A stretch of 64,000 bases of DNA from Acidimicrobiales bacterium (GCA_036489495.1 DASXFR010000069.1:45232-109231); one strand, 5' to 3'. Positions 19,785-28,805 are shown, counted from the stretch's first letter. Notes: generated from the sequence alone by a model not told the origin. A program made the numbers and translations.

Positions 19785-20725
19785 GCGCCGACGCCTCCCC
19801 GGTGCCACTGGGTCGGGAGATCCTGGGCGAAATACCGGCGGGTGACGGCGTCACTCACCGAGGAGATCGACCCCTGCAGACGCTCGAGCCGGGTCTCGAG
19901 TCCCCGGGACAGGGTGGACGGGGCCGAGTACTCGAGCTCGGCCCGGGCCAGTCCCACCAGGCCGCGGGCATCCTCCCACGCCCCGTCGCGACCGGCGTTG
20001 ATCTGGTCGAGACAGTCTTCGGCCAACGTCAACGAGGCGAACGCCGACCGGGGGAACAACCGGTCGCGCAACAGGAAGTCGAGGACCCGTCCGGGTTGGA
20101 CGACGCCCTGGGAGAGCCGCAGGTACGGCTCGTAGCCCCCACACGACCGCAGCAGCATCACCAGCCCGCTGTCGAAGACATCGTCGAACTGGACGGTGGC
20201 CAGCTGGCGCGCCACCACGTCGGTGCGCTCGAGGCAACGTCCGAGGGTGAAGAACAGCCAGGTCTGGTCCCGGCTCATCAAGGTGTCGGCCAGTCCGGTG
20301 ATGCCGGCCACCTGGGTCTTGACGAACGAGAGGTAGGGGGCGGGTCCCAGCCACTGGGCGGACTCCCATTCCCGGGGGAGCGACGACCACGTCGCGTTGA
20401 CGTGCTCCCAGAACTCGACCGGCACCACGTGGCGCACGGCCCGGGAGTTCTCCCGCGCCGCCGCCACCGCGCCGGCAATCGACGACCGGCTGTTGGGGTC
20501 GGTGGCCAGGCGTTCGGTCGCCTGCCAGAGGGTTTCGTCCTCGACGTCGGGAAGGCCCATGACGGCCAGGAGGCGGCGGGCGGCGTGGGCGCCCTCGGCA
20601 TCGCTCTGTTCCAGGGCTTGGAAGACCGAGACGTCGAGGATCCGGGCGGTGCCTTCGGCGCGCTCGACGTAGCGCCCCACCCAGAAGATCGACTCGGCGA
20701 CCCGGCTCAGCAGCGCGTTGGTCAT
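19781..20725 (-). CDS. alpha-E domain protein
   Basis: The internal Met gives MTNALLSRVAESIFWVGRYVERAEGTARILDV, the conserved ER-motif N-terminus of alpha-E proteins. ATG 20725 overlaps the ATP-grasp stop (ATGA). Confidence 0.9.
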   Translation of the reverse strand: MTNALLSRVAESIFWVGRYVERAEGTARILDVSVFQALEQSDAEGAHAARRLLAVMGLPDVEDETLWQATERLATDPNSRSSIAGAVAAARENSRAVRHVVPVEFWEHVNATWSSLPREWESAQWLGPAPYLSFVKTQVAGITGLADTLMSRDQTWLFFTLGRCLERTDVVARQLATVQFDDVFDSGLVMLLRSCGGYEPYLRLSQGVVQPGRVLDFLLRDRLFPRSAFASLTLAEDCLDQINAGRDGAWEDARGLVGLARAELEYSAPSTLSRGLETRLERLQGSISSVSDAVTRRYFAQDLPTQWHRGGVGA

Positions 20726-22287
20726 TGCTGCTGCTGCTGCTGTCGGTTGTTCTCGGCATCGTGCCGTGGCCCGGCGTCCATCGGCGGCCCGGCACTCACC
20801 GGGACCGGCTGGCGCGCCTCGACGACCGGAGCCGGTGGTCCGGCCCCGATCACCCAGGTGTCCTTGGACCCTCCCCCTTGGCTGGAGTTGACCACCAGCC
20901 CGCCCTCTTGGAGGGCAACCCGGGTGAGCCCGCCGGGGAGGACCCACACGTTGTCGCCGTCGTTGACCGCGAACGGACGCAGATCCACATGGCGACGGAC
21001 CATGGTGTCATCGACCCAGGTGGGAGACGTCGACAGCGCCACCACCCGTTGAGCGATCCAGTGGCGGGGATCGGCGTCCACCGCCAGGCCCAAGGCGTCG
21101 AGATCGGCGCCCGACGCCGCCGGCCCGATGATCAGTCCTTTGCCCCCCGACCCGTCGACCTTTTTGAACACCAGCTCGTCGCGCCGGGAAAGGGCGTCGG
21201 CCCGCACCTTGGCGTCCTGGAGGTGGATGGTCTCGACGTTGCGGAGCAAGGCCTCCTCCCCCAGGTAGTACTTGATCATGGCCGGCACGTAGGTGTACAC
21301 CAGCTTGTCGTCGGCAACACCGTTTCCCACGCCGTTGGCAATGGTGACCCGCCCGGCCCGGGCGGCGTTGAGCACACCCGGGCAACCAACCAGTGACTCC
21401 GGGCGGAACTGCAACGGGTCGAGATACTCATCGTCGATCCGTCGGTAGATGACATGGACGGGGACTTCGCCCTCGGTGGTGCGCAGAAACACATCGGTGC
21501 CGTGGCACACCAGGTCGCGACCCTCGACGAGATGGACCCCCATGAGGCGGGCCAACAGGGCGTGCTCATAGAAGGCCGAGTTGTGGACTCCGGGAGTGAG
21601 GACGACCACCGTCGGGTCGTGGACCCCGGCCGGGGCGGCCCGGCGAAGGGCGTGGATCAGATGGGCCGGGTAGTCGGTAACCATCTGGATGGGCTGACCC
21701 CAGAACAGCTCGGGCAGGACGCGGGCCATCGCCGCCCGGTTGGCCAGGACGTAGCTGACCCCCGACGGGCTCCGGATGTTGTCCTCCAGGACCCGGAACT
21801 CTCCTTCCTCGTCCCGGACCACGTCGATGCCGGCCACGTGGATCCGGACCCCGTTGGGCGGGGTCAGGCCGTGGGCCGCCCGCACGAAGCCGGGCGAACT
21901 GGTCACCACTTCGTGGGGGATGACCCCGTCGCTGATGATTCGGGCGGCGCCGTACACATCGGCCAGGAAGGCTTCGAGGGCCCGGACCCGCTGGGCCACG
22001 CCGTCCGACACCTGGGCCCACTCGTCCACCGTGAAGATGCGGGGAACCACATCGAGGGGGAAGGGCCGCTCCTCCCCGTCGAGGTCGAAGGTCACCCCCT
22101 GGTCCATGAACGCCCGGGCCAGGCGGGTGGCCCGGGCCGAGACATCGTCCGGCCCCATCTGGGACAGCGAGGCGGCCACCCCCGAATACGGCACCCGCGC
22201 CGAGCCGTCCCGGTCGACCATCTCGTCGAAGGCGGCCTGGGTCAGGCCCCGTACCCCCTCCCCGTAGCCGTCGAACAGGTCGCTCAC
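20722..22287 (-). CDS. circularly permuted type-2 ATP-grasp protein
   Basis: The 521-aa ORF has the family's length and sequence character and the canonical position upstream of alpha-E and transglutaminase. It ends NNRQQQQQQ. Confidence 0.85.
   Translation of the reverse strand: MSDLFDGYGEGVRGLTQAAFDEMVDRDGSARVPYSGVAASLSQMGPDDVSARATRLARAFMDQGVTFDLDGEERPFPLDVVPRIFTVDEWAQVSDGVAQRVRALEAFLADVYGAARIISDGVIPHEVVTSSPGFVRAAHGLTPPNGVRIHVAGIDVVRDEEGEFRVLEDNIRSPSGVSYVLANRAAMARVLPELFWGQPIQMVTDYPAHLIHALRRAAPAGVHDPTVVVLTPGVHNSAFYEHALLARLMGVHLVEGRDLVCHGTDVFLRTTEGEVPVHVIYRRIDDEYLDPLQFRPESLVGCPGVLNAARAGRVTIANGVGNGVADDKLVYTYVPAMIKYYLGEEALLRNVETIHLQDAKVRADALSRRDELVFKKVDGSGGKGLIIGPAASGADLDALGLAVDADPRHWIAQRVVALSTSPTWVDDTMVRRHVDLRPFAVNDGDNVWVLPGGLTRVALQEGGLVVNSSQGGGSKDTWVIGAGPPAPVVEARQPVPVSAGPPMDAGPRHDAENNRQQQQQQ
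20728..20742 (-). repeat. (CAG)5 trinucleotide repeat, with an adjacent CAA, encoding the C-terminal QQQQQQ of the ATP-grasp protein
   Basis: The plus strand reads TTGCTGCTGCTGCTGCTG immediately next to the ATGA stop/start overlap. Confidence 0.9.
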
Positions 22288-22393
22288 ACCACTCAGGGTG
22301 GCATTTCAGTGTTTCGACGGAGTTTCACGGGCGCGAACGCCTGATGACCAAAGTCAGACGGTTTGAAGTCGGTGGCGCGGGTCGCGCCCCGAC

Positions 22394-23173
22394 CTAGGAG
22401 ATCCCGCCGCTGACGATCTCCAATGCCCCGCCGTCGATGACCAGGGTGTGTCCGGTGATCCAGGATGCCGAATCCGAACACAGGAACAGCGCGGCGGTGG
22501 CGACGTCCTCGGGCACGCCCAACCGGCGGAGCGGGAGGCGCCGGGCGATCTGTTCCTCGGCCGGTTCCCACAGGGCTTTGGCGAAGAACGTCTTCACCAG
22601 TCCCGGGGCCACCGCGTTGACCCTCACCTTGGGCCCGAGCTCACCCGCCAGCTGGCGGGTGAGGTGGATCACCGCCGCCTTGCTCACGTTGTACCAGCCG
22701 ATCCCCTGCTCGACCGACAGCCCCCCGATCGATGCCAGGTTCAGCACCACCCCGCCGTGCTCGGACATCCCCGCCCGCCAGGCCGCCTGGGTCCACTCGA
22801 GGTAGCCGGACTGGTTCACTCGCAACGTCTTGTCGATCCGCCCGGTGTCGATCTCCATCAGCGGCCCGTAATAGGGGTTGGTGGCGGCGTTGTTGACCAG
22901 GATGTCCACCGACCCGAAGCGCTCGACGGTGGCGGCCACGCAGGCCTCGCCCTGCTCCGGATCGCCGGCGTTGGCCACCTGCCAGGCCACCTCGCCGGAC
23001 CGGTCGCCTTTAGCGGCATCGATGGTGTCCTTGGCTTCGGCCAACGCCTCCGCCTTCCGGGAGGAGAGCATCACCGAGGCGCCCGCCTCGGTGAACAGTT
23101 GGGCGATGGCCATCCCGATCCCCCGCGAAGCCCCGGTCACCAGCGCCGTCTTTCCATCCAGTCGGATATCCAT
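22394..23173 (-). CDS. SDR family oxidoreductase
   Basis: It has the cofactor motif TGASRGIG and the catalytic YNVSKAAV (YxxxK). The start is most likely ATG 23173 (MDIRLDGKTALVTGAS). The longest ORF starts at 23203. Confidence 0.88.
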   Translation of the reverse strand: MDIRLDGKTALVTGASRGIGMAIAQLFTEAGASVMLSSRKAEALAEAKDTIDAAKGDRSGEVAWQVANAGDPEQGEACVAATVERFGSVDILVNNAATNPYYGPLMEIDTGRIDKTLRVNQSGYLEWTQAAWRAGMSEHGGVVLNLASIGGLSVEQGIGWYNVSKAAVIHLTRQLAGELGPKVRVNAVAPGLVKTFFAKALWEPAEEQIARRLPLRRLGVPEDVATAALFLCSDSASWITGHTLVIDGGALEIVSGGIS

Positions 23174-23249
23174 GCCGAGCACCATAGGACGGACCGTCGG
23201 CACCGGCCCGACGTCGCCGGCGGGGGCCGGGGCCCGGCCATCGATCCCG

Positions 23250-23255
23250 TAGCAT
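23250..23255 (+). promoter_or_regulatory. -10-like TAGCAT 7 nt upstream of the GTG at 23263 (leaderless candidate)
   Basis: A TANNNT hexamer is followed by a 7-nt spacer and the start codon, with no Shine-Dalgarno. Confidence 0.4.
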
Positions 23256-23262
23256 CGGTGGG

Positions 23263-25323
23263 GTGAACCGTCTCGCCAAGGAGACCTCCCCCTACCTCCG
23301 CCAGCACGCCGACAACCCGGTGGACTGGTATCCGTGGGGCGACGAGGCGTTCGACCGGGCCCGGGAGGAGAACCGCCCGGTGTTCCTCTCCATCGGGTAC
23401 TCCGCCTGCCACTGGTGCCACGTGATGGCCCACGAGTCGTTCGAGAATCCCGACACCGCCGACGCCCTCAACGCCTCGTTCGTCAGCGTGAAGGTGGACC
23501 GGGAGGAGCGTCCCGACGTTGACGCTGTCTACATGGAAGCCGTCCAGGCCATCACCGGATCGGGTGGCTGGCCGATGAGCGTGTTCCTCACCCCCGACCG
23601 TCGACCGTTCTTCGGCGGGACTTACTTCCCCCCCGATGACCGGCATGGCACACCGTCGTTCCGAACCGTCCTCGCCGCGTTGACCGACGTCTGGACCAAC
23701 CGCCGCCACGAGGTGGAGGAACAGGCCGACGAGCTCTCCGGGGCCATCGCCTCCCGCTCGGTGATCGCCCGACCGTCAGGCCGGGCCTCGGCGCTGGGCT
23801 CGTTGGGTGGCACCGACGACGGTGTCGATCTGCTCGAGGTGGCAACCACCGAGTTGCGCACCCGGTTCGACCCCGAGTGGGGCGGCTTCGGCCCGGCCCC
23901 GAAGTTCCCCCAACCCACCCTCATCGACATCGCCCTCCGCCACGGGCTCCGAGACGCCGGGGGCGACCCGGATGCCGCGGTGCCGATGGCCGTCACCACC
24001 CTCGACGCCATGGCCGCCGGCGGCATCCACGACCACCTGGGCGGAGGATTTGCCCGGTACTCGACCGACAACCAGTGGCTGGTCCCCCACTTCGAGAAGA
24101 TGCTCTACGACCAGGCCGGGCTGCTGCGCGCCTACCTGCATGGCTGGCAGGCCACCGGCCGCCCCGACTACCTGGCGGTAGTCGGGGACATCGTCGGATA
24201 CGTGAGCCGCGACCTCACCAGCCCGCAGGGAGGGGTGTTCTCCGCCGAGGATGCCGACTCCGAAGGGGTGGAGGGCAAGTTCTACGTCTGGACCCTCGAC
24301 CAGGCAACTGCGGCCATCACCGGCGGGGAGTCGGGCCCGGGCCAGGACCCCGGGGCCATCCTCGAATCCGTCGCCGGCTGGTTCGGCATCACCGCCGCCG
24401 GCAACTTCGAGGGAACCACCATCCTCCGGCGCCCGGTCGGCGCCCCGCTGGGGGGTCCGCCCGAGGTGGAGGCGGGTCGGCGGCTGCTGTTCGAGGCCCG
24501 GGCCCGGCGGGTCCGGCCCGGGCTGGATGACAAGGTGCTCACCGAGTGGAACGCCATGTACGCCTCGGCGCTGGCCGAGGCAGCCTCCGCCACCGGCAAT
24601 CCGAAATGGGAGCAGTCGGCGGTCGCCATCGGTGACTTTCTCTACGCCAACCTCCGGCGGCGCTCCGACGGCCGGTGGCTTCGCAGCTGGCAGGCGGAAG
24701 GCGGCGCCCGGCATCTGGCCTATGCCGCCGACTACGCCTGGCTGGTCGATGGCTTTACCCGGTTGGGCGAGTTGACCGGCCGGGCCGTCTGGACCCACCG
24801 GGCCATCGAGGCGGCCGATGCCCTGCTCGACCTCTTTCACGATGACCAGGACGGGGGTTTCTTCACCACCGGTCACGACGGGGAGGCGTTGCTGGTCAGG
24901 ACCAAGGACCTTTTCGACGGGGCGACCCCTTCGGCCAACGGGGTGGCCGCCGTCGGCCTGGTCCGGCTCGGGGCCCTGACCGGTTCCGAGCGCTACCAGC
25001 GGGCGGCCGCCGAGGTCGTCGACCTGGTTGGCGAGTTGCTTGTCCGCCATCCCACCGCCTTCGCCTACACGGTGGAGGCGGCCGACCTGTTACGGCGAGG
25101 GTTGACCGAGGTGGTGGTCACCGGTGACCGTCCCGACCTCGTCGAGGTGGTCCACCGGACCTGGATCCCCGACGCGGTGCTGTCCTGGGGCGAGCCGACC
25201 GCCTCGCCCCTGTGGGAAGGGCGCGACCCGGAGCTGGCCTACGTCTGCCGGAACTACGCCTGCCAGTTGCCGGCCACCGATCCGGAGTTGCTGTCCAAGC
25301 AGCTGGCCGGGAGCCACCGGTGA
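23263..25323 (+). CDS. thioredoxin-domain protein (DUF255 / YyaL-like) with a six-hairpin C-terminal domain
   Basis: The N-terminus is [30 protein letters not shown]...[11 protein letters not shown], for 686 aa. Confidence 0.9.
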   Translation: MNRLAKETSPYLRQHADNPVDWYPWGDEAFDRAREENRPVFLSIGYSACHWCHVMAHESFENPDTADALNASFVSVKVDREERPDVDAVYMEAVQAITGSGGWPMSVFLTPDRRPFFGGTYFPPDDRHGTPSFRTVLAALTDVWTNRRHEVEEQADELSGAIASRSVIARPSGRASALGSLGGTDDGVDLLEVATTELRTRFDPEWGGFGPAPKFPQPTLIDIALRHGLRDAGGDPDAAVPMAVTTLDAMAAGGIHDHLGGGFARYSTDNQWLVPHFEKMLYDQAGLLRAYLHGWQATGRPDYLAVVGDIVGYVSRDLTSPQGGVFSAEDADSEGVEGKFYVWTLDQATAAITGGESGPGQDPGAILESVAGWFGITAAGNFEGTTILRRPVGAPLGGPPEVEAGRRLLFEARARRVRPGLDDKVLTEWNAMYASALAEAASATGNPKWEQSAVAIGDFLYANLRRRSDGRWLRSWQAEGGARHLAYAADYAWLVDGFTRLGELTGRAVWTHRAIEAADALLDLFHDDQDGGFFTTGHDGEALLVRTKDLFDGATPSANGVAAVGLVRLGALTGSERYQRAAAEVVDLVGELLVRHPTAFAYTVEAADLLRRGLTEVVVTGDRPDLVEVVHRTWIPDAVLSWGEPTASPLWEGRDPELAYVCRNYACQLPATDPELLSKQLAGSHR

Positions 25324-26105
25324 GCAACGGCATGCCCCCGCCGGCGGGCGTACCCAGCCTGCCGATGCCCCCGAAGAAACGAAAGGCGGGACGCACCTCC
25401 CGCACCCCCCGCAGTGGCACCGCCCGCAACGTGGTGCGGGCGGTCAAGACCCGCGACCGAATCGAGGTGGCCGGCGGCGCCTCGCTGACCATCCTGGTGC
25501 TGTCCTGTCACCCGGAGGACACCACCGGGGTCGACATGGCGTCGGGAACCCTGGTCCGAGCCCGGGTCAACTGGCCCGACGGCCATCTCCCCGACCTGGT
25601 TCCCTTCGACGTGGTCGAGGCGGTGCTGGCCGACGAGCCCGAACGCGACGATCTGGCCCAGCCGGAGGCGGTGACGGTTTCGGGGCTTCCCCGGCACCTC
25701 GGCACCTTCCATGGACGGCAGAACCGACGCCTCCTCCACAAACTGACGGCCCCGGTCGAAGAGCACGTGCTCGGCTTCCCGGGCACGTCGGCGCCGTACT
25801 GGGAGTTCCGGGGATTCCGACCCTCACTCGCCCTACTGGTCCCGACCAAGGGCCCGGTCCTGTTCCGGCGCGAGCGCGAGCGGTCGGTGTGGATCCGATT
25901 CGGTTGGGGGCGCAGTGACAACTGGCTCCCGGTGGAGGACCCGCGGGCTGACCGGGCGTTGGACGTGGCCCGGAAGGGAAGGCTCCACGGCAAGGAGCTC
26001 GCCTCCGCGCTCGGGTTCAAGCCCCACTATCTGGTGGCATCCATCAGCGCCCCTCGCAACGGTCACTGTTACAAGACCATCCGGGCCCTGCTGCCCCGGG
26101 GGTGA
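25320..26105 (+). CDS. hypothetical protein with a basic N-terminus
   Basis: It is in frame within track ORF 25212..26105. GTG 25320 overlaps the upstream stop (GTGA) and its own stop overlaps the next start (GTGA). I recognise no family. Confidence 0.6.
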   Translation: MSNGMPPPAGVPSLPMPPKKRKAGRTSRTPRSGTARNVVRAVKTRDRIEVAGGASLTILVLSCHPEDTTGVDMASGTLVRARVNWPDGHLPDLVPFDVVEAVLADEPERDDLAQPEAVTVSGLPRHLGTFHGRQNRRLLHKLTAPVEEHVLGFPGTSAPYWEFRGFRPSLALLVPTKGPVLFRRERERSVWIRFGWGRSDNWLPVEDPRADRALDVARKGRLHGKELASALGFKPHYLVASISAPRNGHCYKTIRALLPRG

Positions 26106-26893
26106 CGGTGCCCACCGAGCTGGTCGTCATCGATGCCTTCACCGATCGCCCGTTCTCGGGGAATCCGGCCGCGGTGTGCCGGCTCGACCGACCGGCATCG
26201 GAAGCCTGGATGCAGGACGTGGCCGCGGAGATGCACCTGTCGGAGACCGCCTACGTCCTCGATCGACCTGACGGTGACTACGACCTCCGGTGGTTCACCC
26301 CCACCACCGAGGTCGCCCTGTGCGGGCACGCCACCCTGGCCACCGCCCACCTGGTCGGGGGAGGCCGGTTTCACACCCGCAGCGGCGTGCTCGCCTGTAC
26401 CGTCCGCCGCGACGGGTCGATCGACATGGACTTCCCGGCCGACCCGCCGGTCCCCCACGCCGTACCCGACGGTCTGTTCGCCGCCCTGGGCACCGACGGG
26501 GAGGTGCACACCGGTGTCTCCGACCTGATGGTGGTGGTGGCCGACGCCGACACCGTGCGGAGCCTGGCGCCGGACCTCACCGCCCTGGCCGGGGTCGACG
26601 CCCGGGCGGTCATCGTCACCGCCGCCTCCGACCAACCCGGCGTCGACTGCGTCTCCCGGGTCTTCGCTCCCCGGGTCGGGATTCCCGAGGACCCGGTCAC
26701 CGGCTCCGCCCACTGCACCCTGGCACCGTTCTGGTCGGACCGGACCGGACGCCAGGAACTGGTGGGGGCCCAGCTGTCGGCCCGCGGCGGAACCGTGCAC
26801 ATGCGAGTGGACGGCGACCGGGTGATCATCGGCGGGCGGGCGGTCACCGTCTCGGAAGTCCGTCTGCTGTCCGACCCGGACTGGCTGCACTGA
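26102..26893 (+). CDS. PhzF family isomerase-like protein
   Basis: VVIDAFTDRPFSGNPAAVC...WFTPTTEVALCGHATLATAH matches the PhzF/YddE pattern. Confidence 0.88.
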   Translation: MTVPTELVVIDAFTDRPFSGNPAAVCRLDRPASEAWMQDVAAEMHLSETAYVLDRPDGDYDLRWFTPTTEVALCGHATLATAHLVGGGRFHTRSGVLACTVRRDGSIDMDFPADPPVPHAVPDGLFAALGTDGEVHTGVSDLMVVVADADTVRSLAPDLTALAGVDARAVIVTAASDQPGVDCVSRVFAPRVGIPEDPVTGSAHCTLAPFWSDRTGRQELVGAQLSARGGTVHMRVDGDRVIIGGRAVTVSEVRLLSDPDWLH

Positions 26894-26927
26894 CCGGGTT
26901 TGGCCGGGTGGCATACAGTCACTAACC

Positions 26928-28106
26928 GTGCCGGCCCCACCCCTGCCACCCGGATCGCCCGATCCGATCTTCCCCGACTACCGGGGCGCCTGTCTTTCGA
27001 CTCTGGTCCCGGCGCTCCTGTCCGGCTCGGCTGGAGGCAACCCCGGGGACGCCCTCTCTCCTGATTGGCTCCCGACCCCGGCCCGGGAGGCGCGCCAGAT
27101 CGTCCTGCTGATCGTCGACGGCCTGGGCTGGCAGCAGCTCGTCGCCCGGAGCCAACTGGCGCCGACCCTGAACGGAGCCGCCGGCATCGAACGATCGATC
27201 ACCTCGGTGACGCCGACCACCACCGCCTGCGCCCTCACCTCGATTTCCACCGGGCGGCCGCCCTCCGATCACGGTCTCCTGGGCTACCGGCTGGCCACCG
27301 CCGACGCCGAGATCATGAACGCCCTCCGGTGGACGGTCGGCATCAACCGGCCCCGGGACGCCCGCCAGGAGCTGCCGGCGTCGACCTACCAGCCGTTCCC
27401 GCCGTTCCCTGGCGCCTCCCGGCCGGTGCCGGTGGTCTCCCGGGGCGAGTTCGGGGGCACCGGGTTCACCGCCGCCCACCTCGGGGCCTCGCCGCTGGCC
27501 GGCTACAAGGTGACGTCGTCGCTCATCGTCGAGGTCGGCCGGCTGCTCGCCGACGGGGAGCCGTTCATCTACGCCTACTACGACGGCATCGACAAGGTGG
27601 CCCACGAGCACGGGATCGGCCCCTACTACGACGCCGAGCTCCGGGCGGTCGACCGGTTGGTGGGCGACATCGCCGCGGCGATGGAGCCGGGAGCCGTGCT
27701 GGTGGTCAGCGCCGATCACGGGCAGATCAACATCGGGACCAACGTCGAGTTGCTGGGCCGGGAGGTGATGGCCGCCACCCGATTCCTTTCCGGCGAGGGC
27801 CGGTTCCGTTGGCTCCATGCCTGCCCGGGGGCCGCCGACGATCTTTTCGCCATCGTCTCCGAGCGCTACCGGGACACCACCTGGGTGATGAGCCGCGACC
27901 AGCTCATCGACGAGGGATGGTTCGGTGGGCCCCTCCGCGGTGGCGTCAGCGACCGGCTGGGCGACGTCGCCCTCATTCCCCATGCGCCGGTCGCCTTCCT
28001 CGACCCCGCCGATGCCGGCGAGAGCACCCTGGCCGCCCGGCACGGTTCGCTGACCGCCGACGAGATGTTGGTCCCCCTGGTGGCCATCGCCGGTGGCAGT
28101 ATCTGA
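26928..28106 (+). CDS. alkaline-phosphatase superfamily protein (nucleotide pyrophosphatase/phosphodiesterase-like)
   Basis: The metal and nucleophile region is LLIVDGLGWQQL...TSVTPTTTACALTSISTGRPPSDHG, with a later SADHGQ. Confidence 0.75.
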   Translation: MPAPPLPPGSPDPIFPDYRGACLSTLVPALLSGSAGGNPGDALSPDWLPTPAREARQIVLLIVDGLGWQQLVARSQLAPTLNGAAGIERSITSVTPTTTACALTSISTGRPPSDHGLLGYRLATADAEIMNALRWTVGINRPRDARQELPASTYQPFPPFPGASRPVPVVSRGEFGGTGFTAAHLGASPLAGYKVTSSLIVEVGRLLADGEPFIYAYYDGIDKVAHEHGIGPYYDAELRAVDRLVGDIAAAMEPGAVLVVSADHGQINIGTNVELLGREVMAATRFLSGEGRFRWLHACPGAADDLFAIVSERYRDTTWVMSRDQLIDEGWFGGPLRGGVSDRLGDVALIPHAPVAFLDPADAGESTLAARHGSLTADEMLVPLVAIAGGSI

Positions 28107-28108
28107 CT

Positions 28109-28654
28109 ATGGCCACCAACTCCAACGGTCCGGCCGGGCATCCCCCGGCGCTCACCCCCGAGGTCGTCGACGGTGTCGGCGACGACGCGGCGGCGAAGCC
28201 GCCCGACGGCGCGGCGGCGAAGCCGCCCGACGGCGAGGCGGCGGAGGACCGGTCCGAGTCGATCGAGAAGCCGGCCAAACTCCTCCGGATCGGGTCGATG
28301 GTCAAACAACTTCTGGAGGAGGTCCGACAGGCGCCGTTGGACGAGCTCAGCCGGGTACGCCTCCGGGAGATCTACGAGCAGTCGATCCGAGAACTGGCCG
28401 ACGGTCTCTCCGACGACCTGGCCGCCGAGCTCGACCGGGTCTCGATCCCCTTCGACACCCCGACCCCCTCCGATGCCGAATTGCGCATCGCCCAGGCCCA
28501 GTTGGTGGGCTGGCTGGAGGGACTCTTCCACGGCATCCAAGCCACCCTGGTCGCCCAGCAGGTGGCGGCCCGGGCCCAGCTCGACGAGATGCGCCAGCAG
28601 GCCCTCCCGACCGGAGGCGGCGCCCCCGCTTCCCGGCCCGGGACCTATCTCTGA
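28109..28654 (+). CDS. bpa: bacterial proteasome activator (Bpa/PafE family)
   Basis: EKPAKLLRIGSMVKQLLEEVRQAPLDE...SDAELRIAQAQLVGWLEGLFHGIQATLVAQQVAARAQL matches my memory of M. tuberculosis Rv3780 nearly residue for residue. The C-terminus is GTYL, versus canonical GQYL. ATG 28109 lies 2 nt after the upstream stop. Confidence 0.9.
   Translation: MATNSNGPAGHPPALTPEVVDGVGDDAAAKPPDGAAAKPPDGEAAEDRSESIEKPAKLLRIGSMVKQLLEEVRQAPLDELSRVRLREIYEQSIRELADGLSDDLAAELDRVSIPFDTPTPSDAELRIAQAQLVGWLEGLFHGIQATLVAQQVAARAQLDEMRQQALPTGGGAPASRPGTYL
28187..28234 (+). repeat. perfect 24-bp tandem duplication (x2) inside bpa
   Basis: GCGGCGGCGAAGCCGCCCGACGGC occurs twice head to tail and encodes AAAKPPDG-AAAKPPDG in the disordered N-terminus. 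Confidence 0.95.
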
Positions 28655-28788
28655 TCCGGCCCGGCCTTCGATTCCTGGCTGACCCGGCCACGGTGCCCGG
28701 CGGGCGAACCCGGTCGCCGACCACGCTCCGATTACCGCCGTCCACCGCCAGGCGTGGTGGTAGGGTCGAATGACACGGCTGTAACTCT

Positions 28789-28805
28789 CTCCACAGCCTG
28801 TGGAG
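28789..28805. promoter_or_regulatory. inverted repeat CTCCACAgccTGTGGAG upstream of dnaE
   Basis: It has 7-bp arms around a 3-nt centre, about 47 nt upstream of the dnaE TTG start. Its function is unknown. Confidence 0.25.

Noticed and set aside
18042-20135. A 697-aa plus-strand ORF. Similar giants occur at 28858-30945 (antisense to dnaE), 45243-47072, 19802-21052 and 23776-25050.
   Set aside because: All are antisense or out of frame relative to genes with clear motifs (menE/transglutaminase, dnaE, murC/murG, the ATP-grasp gene, the DUF255 gene). They show the same low-complexity Arg/Pro/Gly bias. They are expected GC-driven open frames.
22288-22393. A GGCGCG-acc-CGCGCC hairpin and a TGAC-tttg-GTCA palindrome between the SDR gene and the ATP-grasp operon, considered as a terminator or operator.
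   Set aside because: The stems are only 4-6 bp, there is no T-tract, and such GC palindromes are frequent by chance in this composition. This is too weak to report as a feature.
26000-26030. A GGTTCAAGCCC T-loop-like string suggesting a tRNA.
   Set aside because: It lies inside a well-framed CDS. There is no complementary acceptor stem, no D-loop or anticodon arm arrangement around it, and no CCA context. I found no convincing tRNA, rRNA, tmRNA or RNase P signatures anywhere in the window by eye.
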